Assembly (NCBI GenBank): GCA_025603075.1 | Contig: MU626269.1 | Coordinates: 62,001 to 126,000 of the forward strand | Source of the DNA: Neoconidiobolus thromboides FSU 785 | Taxonomy: Eukaryota > Fungi > Entomophthoromycota | Reading direction: 5' to 3' | Length of the DNA stretch: 64,000 nt | Part shown: positions 24,617-37,672 of the stretch, piece after piece | Position numbering within the stretch: position 1 is the first letter of the stretch | How the letters are laid out: every line of letters begins with the position of its first letter | Notes under the pieces: generated by a model | Databases searched by the model: none | What the model was told of the DNA's origin: nothing | The model's input: the letters and a program-made list of their open reading frames with translations, nothing else | Made by a program: the position numbers and the translations under genes

Positions 24617-25243
24617 ATGATCGCTCCTTTATTCTTTACCTACTTTATTACCTTGACCTTGGCTGCTCCAAATTCCTATAATGGTTACAATCCTTACACT
24701 AGTTTAAATGGTAATGTTGACAGCAATGTAGCAGCCAATGTAGGAAAAACTGTCTACATCGATGTCAATACCGCCTTGGGTTTAGGGTTAATTTCCAACT
24801 CATATCCACGTGTTTACCGAAGAGATTATACTACTACCAATAATAACTTAGATCTTAACGCATCTGCTAACGTCAAACTTGGTCACCTTGTTAACATCAA
24901 TGGTCACCTTGCACTTGCACTCGATACTAATGCCAACCAAGGCTACAGTCGTAGCTTAGCTATAGGTGCTAATGTAAAGGGAGATGCTCAAGTAGGACAA
25001 TCAGGTTCTCATTATTATAGAAGAAATTATGACTATGGCAACAATGGGGTAGATGTCAATGCTGATGCAGCTGCTAAAGTTCAAGTAGGTAAGCTGGTTG
25101 ATGTTAATGCTAATGCTAAGCTTGGGTTACTCCTTGAGGCACCTCAATATGGATACGGATACGGGTATGGGAATGGTCTATCTCTCAATACAAACGCTTT
25201 ACTTGATACACGTTTAGGGCATGTTGGGGGATCTTATTACTAA
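24617..25243 (+). CDS. Secreted Asn/Gly/Tyr-rich repeat protein with internal dibasic (YRR) sites
   Basis: Signal peptide MIAPLFFTYFITLTLA; three related segments separated by VYRR and YYRR; intronless 208 aa. Confidence 0.8.
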   Translation: MIAPLFFTYFITLTLAAPNSYNGYNPYTSLNGNVDSNVAANVGKTVYIDVNTALGLGLISNSYPRVYRRDYTTTNNNLDLNASANVKLGHLVNINGHLALALDTNANQGYSRSLAIGANVKGDAQVGQSGSHYYRRNYDYGNNGVDVNADAAAKVQVGKLVDVNANAKLGLLLEAPQYGYGYGYGNGLSLNTNALLDTRLGHVGGSYY

Positions 25244-25694
25244 GAAAAAAGAAAAGAAAAAATCATTAAAATAGAATGATAATATTTTATTAAAAAGTAG
25301 TATATTAAATTGTTTGGTATTATTTTATTGCTGATTATCTTTATTATTCTATATATTAATTTATAGGTAACGTTTTGATATTTAATAATCTTATTTAGCT
25401 ACAATGATTGCCAAATTATTTTTTTAAAATTATACTTTAATAAAATATAGTAATGCCATCCTCAAACAAATTTGGTTAAAATAACAACCCATTTTAATAA
25501 TAACAGAATTTAATATCATCAATAAACTTAATTTTTAAACCATTTTATTATCTTTATAATAATAAGTAACAATAAGTAAACAAAAGATAAAAGCTAATAA
25601 ACATACATTCTTTATTAAAAAAATTAGCTATTTCCTGATAAAAAAAATAATTTAACCACAATTTAAAATTTAAATACAAACTCCCATTATAAGT

Positions 25695-28600
25695 TTAATC
25701 ACTTAAATTCCCATTCTGATTTAAATACGTCTTACTCAGTTTATCTGTTAACCACGGCATATTACTAGCTTCTTGACGCTCTCTGACTCCAAGATTTTTA
25801 TACCAGCCATTCGGTCCATTTAATAGTGAGAGCCATTTATCTAGTCGTTTATTGTTACTTTGATACACTTCTTTCTTTTTGATGAACATGGTCTCTTCAA
25901 TATCCTCATTATCTACATAGATACGGTACGTTTGTGGATGTACACGAATAATTCGTCCCATTTCAGATACTATATTATCACTTCTACTATCTTTATCTTT
26001 TATCATATCAAGCAATCTATTCTAATTTAGGTTTATTTTCAACTATATTAAATTTTAATTTACCTCTTCAAATATACTTTTCTCCTTATAGTAACTCCAG
26101 TGGTAGGTTGTTCCACTTTATAATGTTTAATATACTCTCTCCATTTAGATTCAGCATTACGGATAACACTTAAGCTAAGTTCACCAGATTCAAATAGTTG
26201 TAAAGTGATCGTTTTTGTAGATAAAGAGTATTCAATGATATAAATATTTTCATCCATAGAAAAATATTTTTGTGCCCTTGAAAAATAAGTTTGCATATCA
26301 TGGTAGGAGATGACACAATTTGGTTGATGAACGTTTTGAAATAATTGGACAAGTTCATTAGAACTTTTATTAATTTCTAAAAATAAAGTATGCACCTAAT
26401 AAAAAGAATGTTACCATCTATTATTGCTATTTGAGTGTGGTTAGCTTACTTGTTTAATAAACCCATTGAGTGTTTTATCAATTGTAAAGATTGAGTAAAT
26501 GTTATTGCCTAACATAAACCTCAAACAATCTTCATAGATTGGTGCTTCGATTTCACCTTCCAATACTTTTTCTGTTAATGTTAAAAATATTGAAAAGCAA
26601 TCATCAGTAGATAAATCAAAATCAGCAAGAGCTATTAATTTAAAGTTATTTTTATGTAAAATACTTAAATAAATCAGTTACCCTCAAATTTAGGTTGAAC
26701 TTCTAATTCTCGAGATACTGTTTTAAGTTTAGATATATTATGGAATCGGTCAGTAGCTTTTCGTGATACTTTTTTAACCTCTTCCAATCTACCATAAATG
26801 ACCTAATTATATTTATCAATATCTAACATAAATGTAAGTGTATCTTTGTATACCTGATAAATCCTTAATATCGAATAAATATGACCATTGCATATCAAGA
26901 AAGCAGCTCCTTTTTTATCATTTGAAAATTTGGGGCTACCTTTACTCGATACATTTAGCTGAGAAAATGATGTGATTGGGGTGCTTTCTTCTACCAAAAT
27001 ATCTGATTTATAATCATCCGCGTCATCTTCGACTGTGAGAGACTCCTGCTTCGTGCCTTCGTTATGCTTATCATTCAAAGCATCAGTAATTTCATCCGTG
27101 TTGTTAGTAATATCCTCTTTAAGATTCTCAACCGTAGTGATACTACTATCAACGTTAATTGGACTAGGCTCATTAGTAATTCTACGGCCCCTCAAAGGTC
27201 TTTTGATAGTTGGATTAACCTCATTATCAGAATCTTTAGAAGAATCATTGTCATCAAACCCTTCATTATTGGTTTTATTTTCATTCGAAAATTTAGCAAC
27301 ATCATTCATAAAAGGGATAGCAAATATAGAATTAATAAATGATTTTAACAGTGCAACAATGCGATTCTTTTCGTTAGCTGTGAGTCCATTATGTGCTCTT
27401 AAAAGACAAACCAAAAGTTTAGAAATATTCTCATGTATGTCTTGATCACACATAGAAAAAGTTAACTGAGGCCTGCACAATACATTTGGTTTATATGGTT
27501 TATCCCCGCTAGCCCCTTTATCAGTGTCTTCTCTCTTGATTGCTTCAATTTCAGTAACCAAATGACGGGGATTAAGGTTTCTACGATCATTATATTTAAA
27601 TTGGGCTGATTGATAATCTAAAGAACGATAATAGTTTTTAATGTCGACATCACGCCATATTTTACTCCATTCTCTCTAATGAAATAGTTTAAGCTTAGTA
27701 CGTAATTTTCTAAATAAAATGTTACCTTAACTTCTCGCCATTCCAAATCTTTTTGTTTAAGGCGTTTGAGAATGATGGGAACAGCTGTTCCAGGAGAATC
27801 ATGTAAAAGATCTAATACAACATCAGCTTCAGAATCGTAAATCTTTCTTATAGCCCTTCTGTAAATAGTTTGTGAGTTACCACCCAAACCTGGAGGTAAT
27901 TTAAAGGCTGCTGCTGCTTCTGGGGACATTTTAGGTATCTGTTTAGCAATTGGCTCTAATAGATCGATTGTGTGTGCATTCGTTTCCATATTAAAATCAA
28001 GCTCAAAGCGATCTTCTTCGCTTTTGTGAAGGTTCTCTTCATAACTGTTCTTTTTGTGTGCTACAAACACTGTCTCTTCGCTGGCCCAAGTTGGATGCGA
28101 GGCATAGTCGTCATTTAATACTTCGTTACATAAGTCATCTCTGCCACTACATTTAAGAGTAGTTTCCTAAAAAAATAATATTAGACGCGATCTATGATGA
28201 TCAAATATACTCACAGATTTTGGAAGTTGACGATAAGAGGGGCCACAAGCCTTGAATAATGAGAGATCCAGCCTAGGTTTAGGGATTCCAGGACTAGTGT
28301 TTGCGTCTGGCTTAGGTTGATATCCAATGAAATTTTTGAACCAAGAAAATAAAGAGCCCGAATTCCCAATGAAGTTTTCCACAGTTTCAACTAAAGTATC
28401 AAGGTCAATAATGCCTTGAGAATATAAACTTAACACTTTAAGGAACTCATGATAAGTTGGCAAATGAGCAATGTGTCGCTTTATCTTTTCTAAGCTGATG
28501 ACGTCATCGATCGGAATCAATTGGCGTGCTTGATCTTGCTGGGCAGAGCTATAAGTTATATTTTGATTATCAAAGTTACCATCCTTCATTTTATTAATTG

Positions 28601-30397
28601 GCTTATTCTTTTTTGTCTATAATTATTATATTAATAAACTTATCATCATTTCATTTAAAAAAATAAGCACAAAACTGCCACTTACCTTTAATGAAACATT
28701 AGGCTTATCATTTAGAAGCGTATTTCTCTTCTTCTTATAGCCTTGTCCAGGAGGAGATGCTGGATTAATTGAATGAGGATCAATTTGATTAGAATTTAAG
28801 ATGTCATTTTGGTCCATCATTCTGCCCAATAACAATGGTGGCCCCAATGGTGGGTTCAAAAAGTCCCTATTCGTGTTATGAGGAGACATTGTTATTTTAG
28901 GATGGTTTAATGAGGTATTTTGTGATCTATTATGATGTGCGGCTATTGGTGGTAACATGTTTGAATTCATTTTCATACCTAAGTCCATGGGTTGGTGGAT
29001 ATGTGGCAATATTGGTACATGGGTTGGTTCTACATTTTCCTTTTGAGAAGCACCTGGTAAAAATTGGCAGAACTCGTTTAATAATTCTTGATCATGGCAA
29101 AATAGCTCCTTTACTTGTGCATAAATCTAATTTGTTATTTATTAATCAATAAATAAAAGCCTAAATTAGCCTTACTTCTTGAACTGGTTTAGTTTCTCTG
29201 GAATAAAGCTGCAAAATATCCAGAAATTGCTTGTAGCTTTCTGGGTCTCTTATAAATCGATTCTTAAGTTTTATTAGTATATTTACAAGAGCAGAAATAA
29301 AATAAGTACCTTAATTCTATTTACATAGTTTATCGCATGGTTAAATTCCACAGGAGGTTTACGTTGCTGATCATGATCTTCCATAGGGGGTGGTTCTTGG
29401 GCCTGCAAATCCTGATGTCTTTCGTCCGCAGGATCTGAATAAATGAGATTGGAATCCTCGAATCGAAAATGTGAAGCAAAAGCTTGGTTATTAAGAAATC
29501 GATCCATTAAGCTAGTTTCATTGACCTCCGATTTACTAAACCCGTCCATACCTCCAGAAGCCATGTAGCCTGTAAAGTGTTCTGGCATAATTACCTTCAC
29601 GCCATTTCTTGCATCCGCATCGTTAGATATCTCTATTCTGAACCCAGGTGGTAAAAAGGCATTAAACCCTATTACCAACGTTGGATAACCTTGAAACAGA
29701 GATGCCACTCTATCGATAACGCCAAGAGTATCCAATCTGTAATTAATTAATATTTTATGGCTATTAATAAAATACTTCTTACTCTCGAAACTTAAACTGC
29801 TTCATAATATCTAAGAATTCATTATAGATAGTTGGATTATTTTGGAAGTCTTTTTTAACCCTATCCAAGTAGGTAAGCGCATCCCCAACGTTTAAACACT
29901 CAAGGTCATTTACGTCAACGTCATCAGATAAAGAAGCCTCATTGATATGGGGTGAGTGGATCTCATTTATACTCCGCATATCATGTTGGGGTTCATTGTG
30001 GTCATGATTGCTATGAACTGGGTTATTTCGTAAATTGATGGGGTTCAAATTAAGTGGATTATGGAGATTATTCTGAGAAAGTATAGGTTGATGTATTGAA
30101 GGTCTTAAGTGACGCTCATGGTCAAGCTCAAGTGGTGAAAGAAGGGGTAGTACCGTAGGCTGATATATTTGGGTGTTTATTGGCCTATCGATGTTCGGTG
30201 GTGGTCCTGGTTGTATTGGAGGATAGTTTATAGAAGGTAAGCTTGGGGCTTGAGAGTGGTTATTATTTTCATAGGATGGATATCTAATTAAGTATTAGTG
30301 AGTTAGATTTATTGAAAGTGAGAGCTTATTACGGATAGCTATTCTCGTTTGATTTTCCGCTACTCATTCTCCATGGATGTCTCTGATTATTAGACAT
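25695..30397 (-). CDS. SIN3: Sin3 transcriptional co-repressor (PAH domains + HDAC-interaction domain), multi-exon
   Basis: PAH1 LNVGDALTYLDRVK...YNEFLDIMKQFK; PAH2 PVEFNHAINYVNRIK; PAH3 TYHEFLKVLSLYSQ; HID GPSYRQLPK and HPTWASEE..F.AHKKNSYEE.LHK.EEDRFELD. Start inferred at 30397. Confidence 0.92.
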
Positions 30398-31131
30398 TTG
30401 TTACTGTTTTCTTTGCTCTATATCTCTGTCTTTGCAATAAAATTAATCAAAAAAAATGTTGCATGTTTAATTGAGAAAAAATAATTTTAGATGAGAATTT
30501 TTTTTGACCAATCATATTAATTCGGTTTATTAGAGGCAGAATGGTAGAAAAGCAGTCTCACTTGAGACAAAATTTTATTTCAAGATATTTATAAGTTGGC
30601 TTGGTGAATGTGAATGGGTAAACACTATAGTATTAACTAGTAAAATAAGGGTTTTATTAGAACTAGCAGTAAATATTAAGTGGTTTTATGTAACTACAAT
30701 ACAATCTTTCAAGCAAAGAGGTTAGCTATCGTTTTGCCATTTAATGTGCTGATATATTGGGCAAATACAATTTTTAGATCTCAACAGAAGCATTGATTTA
30801 GTTTACATTGTTTGAAGTTTGTCTTTTTATGTAAATTTTAGATTTAAACTTCTAACCAAACAAATCTTAAATCTTAAACATTTATTTGCTAACAAACAAA
30901 AATAATGGTTACAAAATTGGGAAATTGACGCTGCGAAAGTGTTAGAAAAAATTGCACAATTCATTTTTGAAGTGTGGCTTTATTGATTGAGTGATGTCAT
31001 TATCAATCTTTTTAAATTAGCTTAAAAATTGAGAAATTAATTAAAACCAAATATCAAGATTACTTATAGATATCCAGGAATATTAAAAAATAAGCATATT
31101 AATAAATTAGTCAAATGAGAAAAGTATAGAA

Positions 31132-33842
31132 TTATAATAGTACACTCATTTGAAATTGATGCATGTCGTCTACATCATTTTCATCAATAATCAATAACTA
31201 ATTAATTTCCAATTTTGTTAATTAGTATGGTACAAGTAATATTTATATAGGTAATAAAAAGGAAATTTTATTTTTTAATCAAGCTGACGATTACAATCAA
31301 AATCCCAGTGCTCTTTCCACTTAGCAGCTTTACAGGCAGCTTTCGTCCAATTAAGCCCATAAGCTAGGTAAGAGAATTTTGCAAAGATGGAAACGGCAGC
31401 AACAGTAATAATCAAGGCAACAACCAATCTAAATTGAGGGCGTAAACGACGGATAGTAAGGTCTACAGTGGCAGCAAAAGCTAAAATTGAAAAATAAAGA
31501 GCTGGTAAATAATGATGAAGGAAGAGTTGACGCTTCATAATGAAAAAGGGGAAGATGTGTAAAACCCATCCCATAACAAAGAACCCAATTATATCAAAGT
31601 AACGCTGACGGAAAGCTAAAATAAATTAATATTTGCAGTTATAATTATAAAATGATTACCTAAGGATGCCAAGTTAACATTTCTTTTTGTCAAGATAAGT
31701 GAGAGAAATTGGAAAATCATATAAGCAATTATAGACATTGATCCAGCATACCAGATAAATGGATTACCAATAAGATAAACTTGGGCATGTTCTTTACCCC
31801 AGAAAGAGATACCCCTTCTTAAAAACGGCCAATCTTGTGGACGAGAATCATAAGGATGAGAAGAAGTCAAACCATTATTAGCAGTCCACATACGATGGTT
31901 CAATTCCATAAATTTAGACAAAAATCCAATCTTTCCATAAGATACTTTAGGTGAATCTTTTAACAATTCATGATCGTTAAATTCAACTACCCATTCAGAT
32001 CTAGGTTTTTGTCCATTTTTAATACAAATTACTTCTTGTTGTCCAAACCCCCATTCTGGTAACTTTTTGGGCCTTGAGTATAAAACACAACCGGTATTGA
32101 CGTGTACTAAACGGAATTTTGTATAAATTGCCATCAACCTTTCTTTAGATTCTGGATCACGTGAATCACCCTTTGAAATTTCAACTCTAAAGTTGTCATT
32201 TGAATCATCAAAGCCATAACCACTAATTAAGATAAATAAAATGAGCTAATAGTAATATATTATCATTTTTACCTGACTTCATTGACATAATCCTTTGAAG
32301 AAAATACTGGGCGAAGTTCATGGGAATGAAGGTGCTTTGAAGTGGTAACATGAATTAAACGAACAATATCCTTATCTTTAATATATTCAATGGTTTCAGT
32401 ATTATTCACTTCACTTTTAGAATCGTGAGGTTTAACAATGGTCCAAAAGTTATTATTATCACGGAAAGGATAAAGTGTAACTTGCTGTTCTATAAAAAGA
32501 ATTAATACTTGCTCCTAACTTTAAAAACGGTAAAACTTACGTTTACTCCCTCCTGGATAAGTGTGAGCATGAGAATGCAAATAACCGCCAGCAGTAGCTA
32601 CATGGTTGATCCTTAATTTTGAGCCGTAGATAACATCTATTAAGATAAATATTATCATATAGATTATTGATTTTTTATATTACCTTTTTTGGCATCGACT
32701 AAACCATTGCCTTCTAAAGTGTTTTGAAATTCAGATGACATTGAATTTGCAGATTCTGTATACTTATTAAGTACCATAAATTGAACTTGGAAAGTAAACA
32801 TGTAAATTGAAATTGGAATAATAATTAAACATAGTGCCCTAGCAACAAAATGTTGAAGATATTTTGACTAAATAAACGTTAGTTATTATATAAGATTAAT
32901 AATATTGTTTAGGCTTACTGGAGTAACTTTAAGATCTCCAACTAATTCCCAAAGTTGACGGATAGTAGAGATACCAATAAGTGCCACAGCAAATAATCCA
33001 ACCCATTTACAACTCAAAGTTAAACCAAGGAATATGCCGGTTGATGCTAATGAAAGCCACCAGCCTTTAGAAAAAGCTCTGTATCTTATTTTAGCTTAAT
33101 AGAATATAAACAAACTTGAAACTTACTTCTTTTCATAATTACAAAATACACTCCAAAATAAAACAGATAAAGCAGTAAATAGAATTAAAGGTGAGTCTAA
33201 GAATATATAACGTGATTGTGTAATCAAGGCATTTTCTAAATTAAAACATAAACAAAATTATAATAAAACAAAATAAATTAAATTACCAAATAAGACCAAA
33301 AGGGAGCCAAGTGCTGCAACTTCAGTAGTTAATCCAGAAACCTTTGAGGTGAGATAAGCAGTAGGAATTAAAAACCATCCAAAAAGAGCTTGAGCCAAAC
33401 GCATAGCAGTATAAGGTACATGATTACCAGCAAACTCTTTTCCAATTTTTTCAAAATCGAATGAACCATCAAATCCAAAAAACCAGCCAACTGCCGCTAT
33501 CATCAATTTAGCTAAAGGTGGATGGACATCAAAAAAATAGTCACGTTTAATGTATTTGGCTGCAAAGCCACCAAAATGGACTTCATCAAAGCTAAATAAA
33601 ATTTAGTATAAAATTCAGAGTTTTGATGAGAATATTTACACTACGGAAGCAGGTTGAGATATACGGAAGAAACGTACTAAAAGGCCTACGATCCCAATTA
33701 AACCAACCAAGTACCAGTCTCTTTTACTCATTGAAAAAAAATTATCCTGGTCATTTTTTACGGATGATTTACTATACTTGAACTCAGAATCATCATAGTC
33801 TATACTTGAATTTTCTTTTTCTTTTAAATACTCTTTTTCCAT
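31132..33842 (-). CDS. PMT1: Dolichyl-phosphate-mannose:protein O-mannosyltransferase, PMT1 subfamily, multi-exon
   Basis: FDEVHFGGFAAKY...FFDVHPPLAKL, MIR domains (LHSHAHTYP, FRLVHVNTGCVL), HPYDSRPQDWPFLRRGISFW, RQLFLHHYLPALYF. The 3' end is approximate. Confidence 0.9.
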
Positions 33843-34333
33843 TTTTATTTTTACAAAGAAATAAAGACTAGTTTATTTTTTTTAAAATATAGTAAAGACT
33901 GGTTTAATATGAACTATCAATTTAAACTTGGGTTTCGTCAACCAATTATTTACCGAAAACCAAAGCCTACTTTTGCTTTGAAGTTATATAAACCAATCAT
34001 ATCAAATTGAATACTATTAATTCTATTTTAATATATTTATTGGCCATTATAAATAAACTATAAAAATTATGATATTCCACTATTCAATCTATTTTATTTG
34101 ATATAGTAAGAACTATTTCATTTATTTTTAGACTTTTAGTTTAAAAAAACTATATGATTATAGTTATTCTAAAGTATAATTTATATAAAATTTCATATGA
34201 GCTAAAAATTTAATTTTTTCTCCAATAGTAAGTCTATTCTGATTTTCAAATTTAAACTCAAATCTAAAAAACTAAGAAACTGTTGACAGTAAACTCACTC
34301 AATCACTTTTTACAATTTTATAACAAGAATAAA

Positions 34334-35540
34334 ATGTATAATTAAACCTCATATCGAAAATTAGAAAACTAAATAATTAACTAGGGGTAGATATGTACAA
34401 TTAGTGATGGGGCCTGCAGGCTCTGGAAAAGTAACTAAATATTAAACTAATTTTTAAAATAAAAATTAATAAATAGTCAACTTATTGTAAAACAATGATA
34501 AACCATTTAATTACGCATAAGAGGACAGCGCACTTAGTTAACTTAGACCCTGCTGCTGAAGATTTCGAGTTTGAACCTACTATTGGTAAATTTTTGTAAT
34601 GTAGTAAGAAATATCAACCTTAATTGTTATAGATATAAGAGATTTAATTTCTTTGGAAGATGTAATGGAAGAGTTAAATTATGGTCCAAATGGTGGTCTG
34701 ATTTATTGTTTAGAGTATAACAAATACGTTTATTGCATAAATCATTTCTAATTTTATAAGGTTCTTGCTAAGTAACATTGATTGGTTTGAAGATGAGTTA
34801 GGAGATTATGAAGATGATTATTTGATTATTGATTGTCCAGGTAAATATATGCCATATAGTTACAAAAAAATGACCTCGTATTCATATTATAGGCCAAATC
34901 GAACTATACACTCATTTTCCAATAATGAGCAAGTTATGTGAGATGTTACAAAAATGGAATTTCAAAATATGTGGTATTTATTTATTAGAAAGTCAGTTTG
35001 TAGAAGATAAGAGTAAATTTTTTGCTGGGGTACTATCTGCCTTATCCGCTATGGTTAATTTGGAAATCCCTCATATCAATGTTTTTTCTAAAATGGACTT
35101 AGTTGCTGATAAAACGGGATGGGAAAGGTAACTCATTAAATAAATAAATTTGATATAAGATCTAATTTATAACAATATCTAACATTAAAGATTTATCAAC
35201 CCAGATCCATATTTAATAGATGAAACAATGGATGAAAGTGAAGACCCTAAATTTTTTAATTTAAATAAGGCTATTGGACAATTGGTAAGCACCATTTTAT
35301 CATTTAACTAGGATGAATTCGAATTCTGTTTTTTAGATCGATGACCATAGTTTAGTTAGCTTTTTGCCTTTAGACATAACTAGCGAAGACTCCATCGCAG
35401 CTATCTTATCTCATGCTGACAATGCGATTCAATATGGAGAAGATCAAGAACCTAACGAACCTGATGTACTTTTTTATATTGTTTACATATAGTTTAGCTA
35501 ATCGTTTTAGTTTGCGGAAGGCGAGGAGGAAGAGGAATAA
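34334..35540 (+). CDS. GPN3: GPN-loop GTPase 3, multi-exon; start codon split by intron 1
   Basis: AT|G GGT AGA TAT gives [16 protein letters not shown]; [57 protein letters not shown]. Confidence 0.92.
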
Positions 35541-35754
35541 TCAAGTGTTAAATATAGAAATTGAAAATACTAAAAGCTTTTTTTAATTAAATCTGAAAAA
35601 TATTACTTTTGATAGTTTCTTATGATTGTAGAAATTCATTAAATATTAAATACTGGCAATTTTATTTTGACTTAAACTAGTCATATCAGAGTACTTACAT
35701 GCCTCAATATAAGATGCAATTTATTTACAGCATTTTCCTTTATACGCAATTAAA

Positions 35755-36390
35755 CTAATCATATTTATTTAAATTCCAAAAAGCATTGATCGCAGCAATA
35801 CCAGCTGCACCATAACTAATGGCCTCCGAATAATCTTGAGCATTTAATCCTCCTAACGCATAGCATGGGTGGATACTAACTTTAGCATATTCACTAAACT
35901 TATCCCACCCTAACACATTATTACTTGGGCAAGAAATCGATGGTTTAACTGGCGATAAAACAATAAAACATAATGGCAAATTGTTGGCTATCTGTATTTC
36001 TTCTTCATTGTGACAAGAAGCAGCTATTTTTATAGTAGAGTTGGTTAATACTTCAACTTCATTTTTTATAGCATATATTTCTTTTAAGCATGTTCCAGTT
36101 AAATGCAATCCACCTAGTTTATACTTTCCTACTAGTCTACTCAAAACCCTAAACTCATTTTCGTTTGAACAGTTTAATAAAATTTTGTTCAAAACAAAAT
36201 CCTCATTAGACTTTAAACTTAGTGGCATTAATACTTTAGTTTCTAATTCTTCACTGGATAAATCTTTAAATCTTAATTGAAGCATTCCATCATTTTTTTC
36301 AAAACATCTAGATACTGAGTTTAATGTGTGCTCGGTATCCTTAAACCCACCACTAATGGTGTAATAATGACTATGTTTATCTTTTGTCAT
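35755..36390 (-). CDS. Stand-alone thiamine-phosphate synthase/TenI-fold protein of proteobacterial type
   Basis: LQLRFK, GLHL, ASCHN.EE, LSPVK.S.S.P...LGW..F, CYALGGL...D...A...GAAGIA.I.AFW; intronless. Confidence 0.85.
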   Translation of the reverse strand: MTKDKHSHYYTISGGFKDTEHTLNSVSRCFEKNDGMLQLRFKDLSSEELETKVLMPLSLKSNEDFVLNKILLNCSNENEFRVLSRLVGKYKLGGLHLTGTCLKEIYAIKNEVEVLTNSTIKIAASCHNEEEIQIANNLPLCFIVLSPVKPSISCPSNNVLGWDKFSEYAKVSIHPCYALGGLNAQDYSEAISYGAAGIAAINAFWNLNKYD

Positions 36391-36612
36391 CTAATTAAAA
36401 TAAAGTTTGTTTAGCAGTTTTAAATAAGTCGATAAAAATCACATGATTTTTAACCTGGGCCCCTTATTGGGCTGCCAAGATCATAAAGAGAATTAATAAA
36501 ATTCAGATTTTAAAACCAATTTAACTTTTATAAACTATTTAGATTAATCAAAATTGAACCTTTATTTACTTTCAACTAATAATAACAATAAAATTAAACT
36601 TTAAAATTTCCA

Positions 36613-37672
36613 ATGAACTGTACAATATGGATGAGATCGTATATTAATTTATATACAATAGCAATTATATTTAATATCTTAAATATCGGTTTTTACTGCC
36701 TAATTTTAGCTGCTTCAGTACTATGTATCCTTAATGAGGTAGTAAACGTAGTAGTAATCAACTCATTTTCCGGGTAAGTATTTCATATCGAATAATATTT
36801 ATACAACTAATCACTAGTTTAATAGAGTATCATGTCTTTTACTAGTTGTCAATGAAATCCATACTTCAAAGTTGACATACAACTACTTTAAATTTTTAGT
36901 CACTTTCCGAGGGCGAGGTTTACTGTATCTTTTATTATCTTTTATCGTGTATCAAAAGGGGATTGATTTCAATTTGGTAGTCACTTATTTTGGTGTTTCT
37001 TTAGGGCTGTTCTTTTTTATCATTTCTTTTGTGCCTCATATACTACCATTAAATGACTTGCGAAACAATTGGCGAAATTATCAAGGCTTTTTATATGAAA
37101 TTAACGATCCTAGCTTAGAAGAGGGTTACTTTAATACTACTGATATGACATCTACTTTATCACCTTTTGTTCCAAACGATGATACGCTGAGGCCAGGCAG
37201 AAAACAAAGCCAACTTAATAGTACATTAAGAGGGTCTAAAGAGTTACTACAACCCTCCCGCAAAAACGTTAATAGTAAGCTATTACCCATTAAAGGACAA
37301 GCTACATTGACTATGGAGATCAATCAAATGTTGTCTGATATTCAGTATTCGGATTTCGAGTTTAATAATAAGGATAAAAAGGAAAACGATAGGCAAACAG
37401 ACTTAACTGACGAATCTTCTATAAGAGACTATAGCGATGAGCCTCTCTCTAGTTCAAATCACATTCAGAATGGTGTTGCGAGTGAACAAAGTTTTTATGT
37501 TAGTGAAAATATTTCAAAATCGCTTTTAAACGACGGCGAAAACCTTGAAGGCGATAAGCATGATATAAGGGTTGACGAAAGTCCAGTTATTAAACAAAAT
37601 TTTACATTAAGGAAATCTCCATTTGGTCGCAAACAACTACCAAGTGTCCCGAAAGAGGGTTCTAGCCTATAA
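36613..37672 (+). CDS. TVP15/COPI-associated-like multi-pass membrane protein with long disordered C-tail; 2 exons
   Basis: Exon 1 from ATG 36613 (hydrophobic) with the intron after tccgg; YFKFLVTFRGRGLLYL motif typical of the COPI-associated family. Confidence 0.65.

Noticed and set aside
27035-27445. Antisense ORFs within SIN3
   Set aside because: They are opposite a long exon of a conserved gene and have no motifs.
35755-36390. Bacterial contamination as the explanation of the TenI-like gene
   Set aside because: It is embedded without a gap between intron-containing fungal genes and has host-like AT content (read-level confirmation is still advisable).
36725-36732. U12-type 5' splice site GTATCCTT
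   Set aside because: It lies in an open exon of the TVP15-like gene; a canonical intron downstream explains the model, and no U12 branch site is evident.
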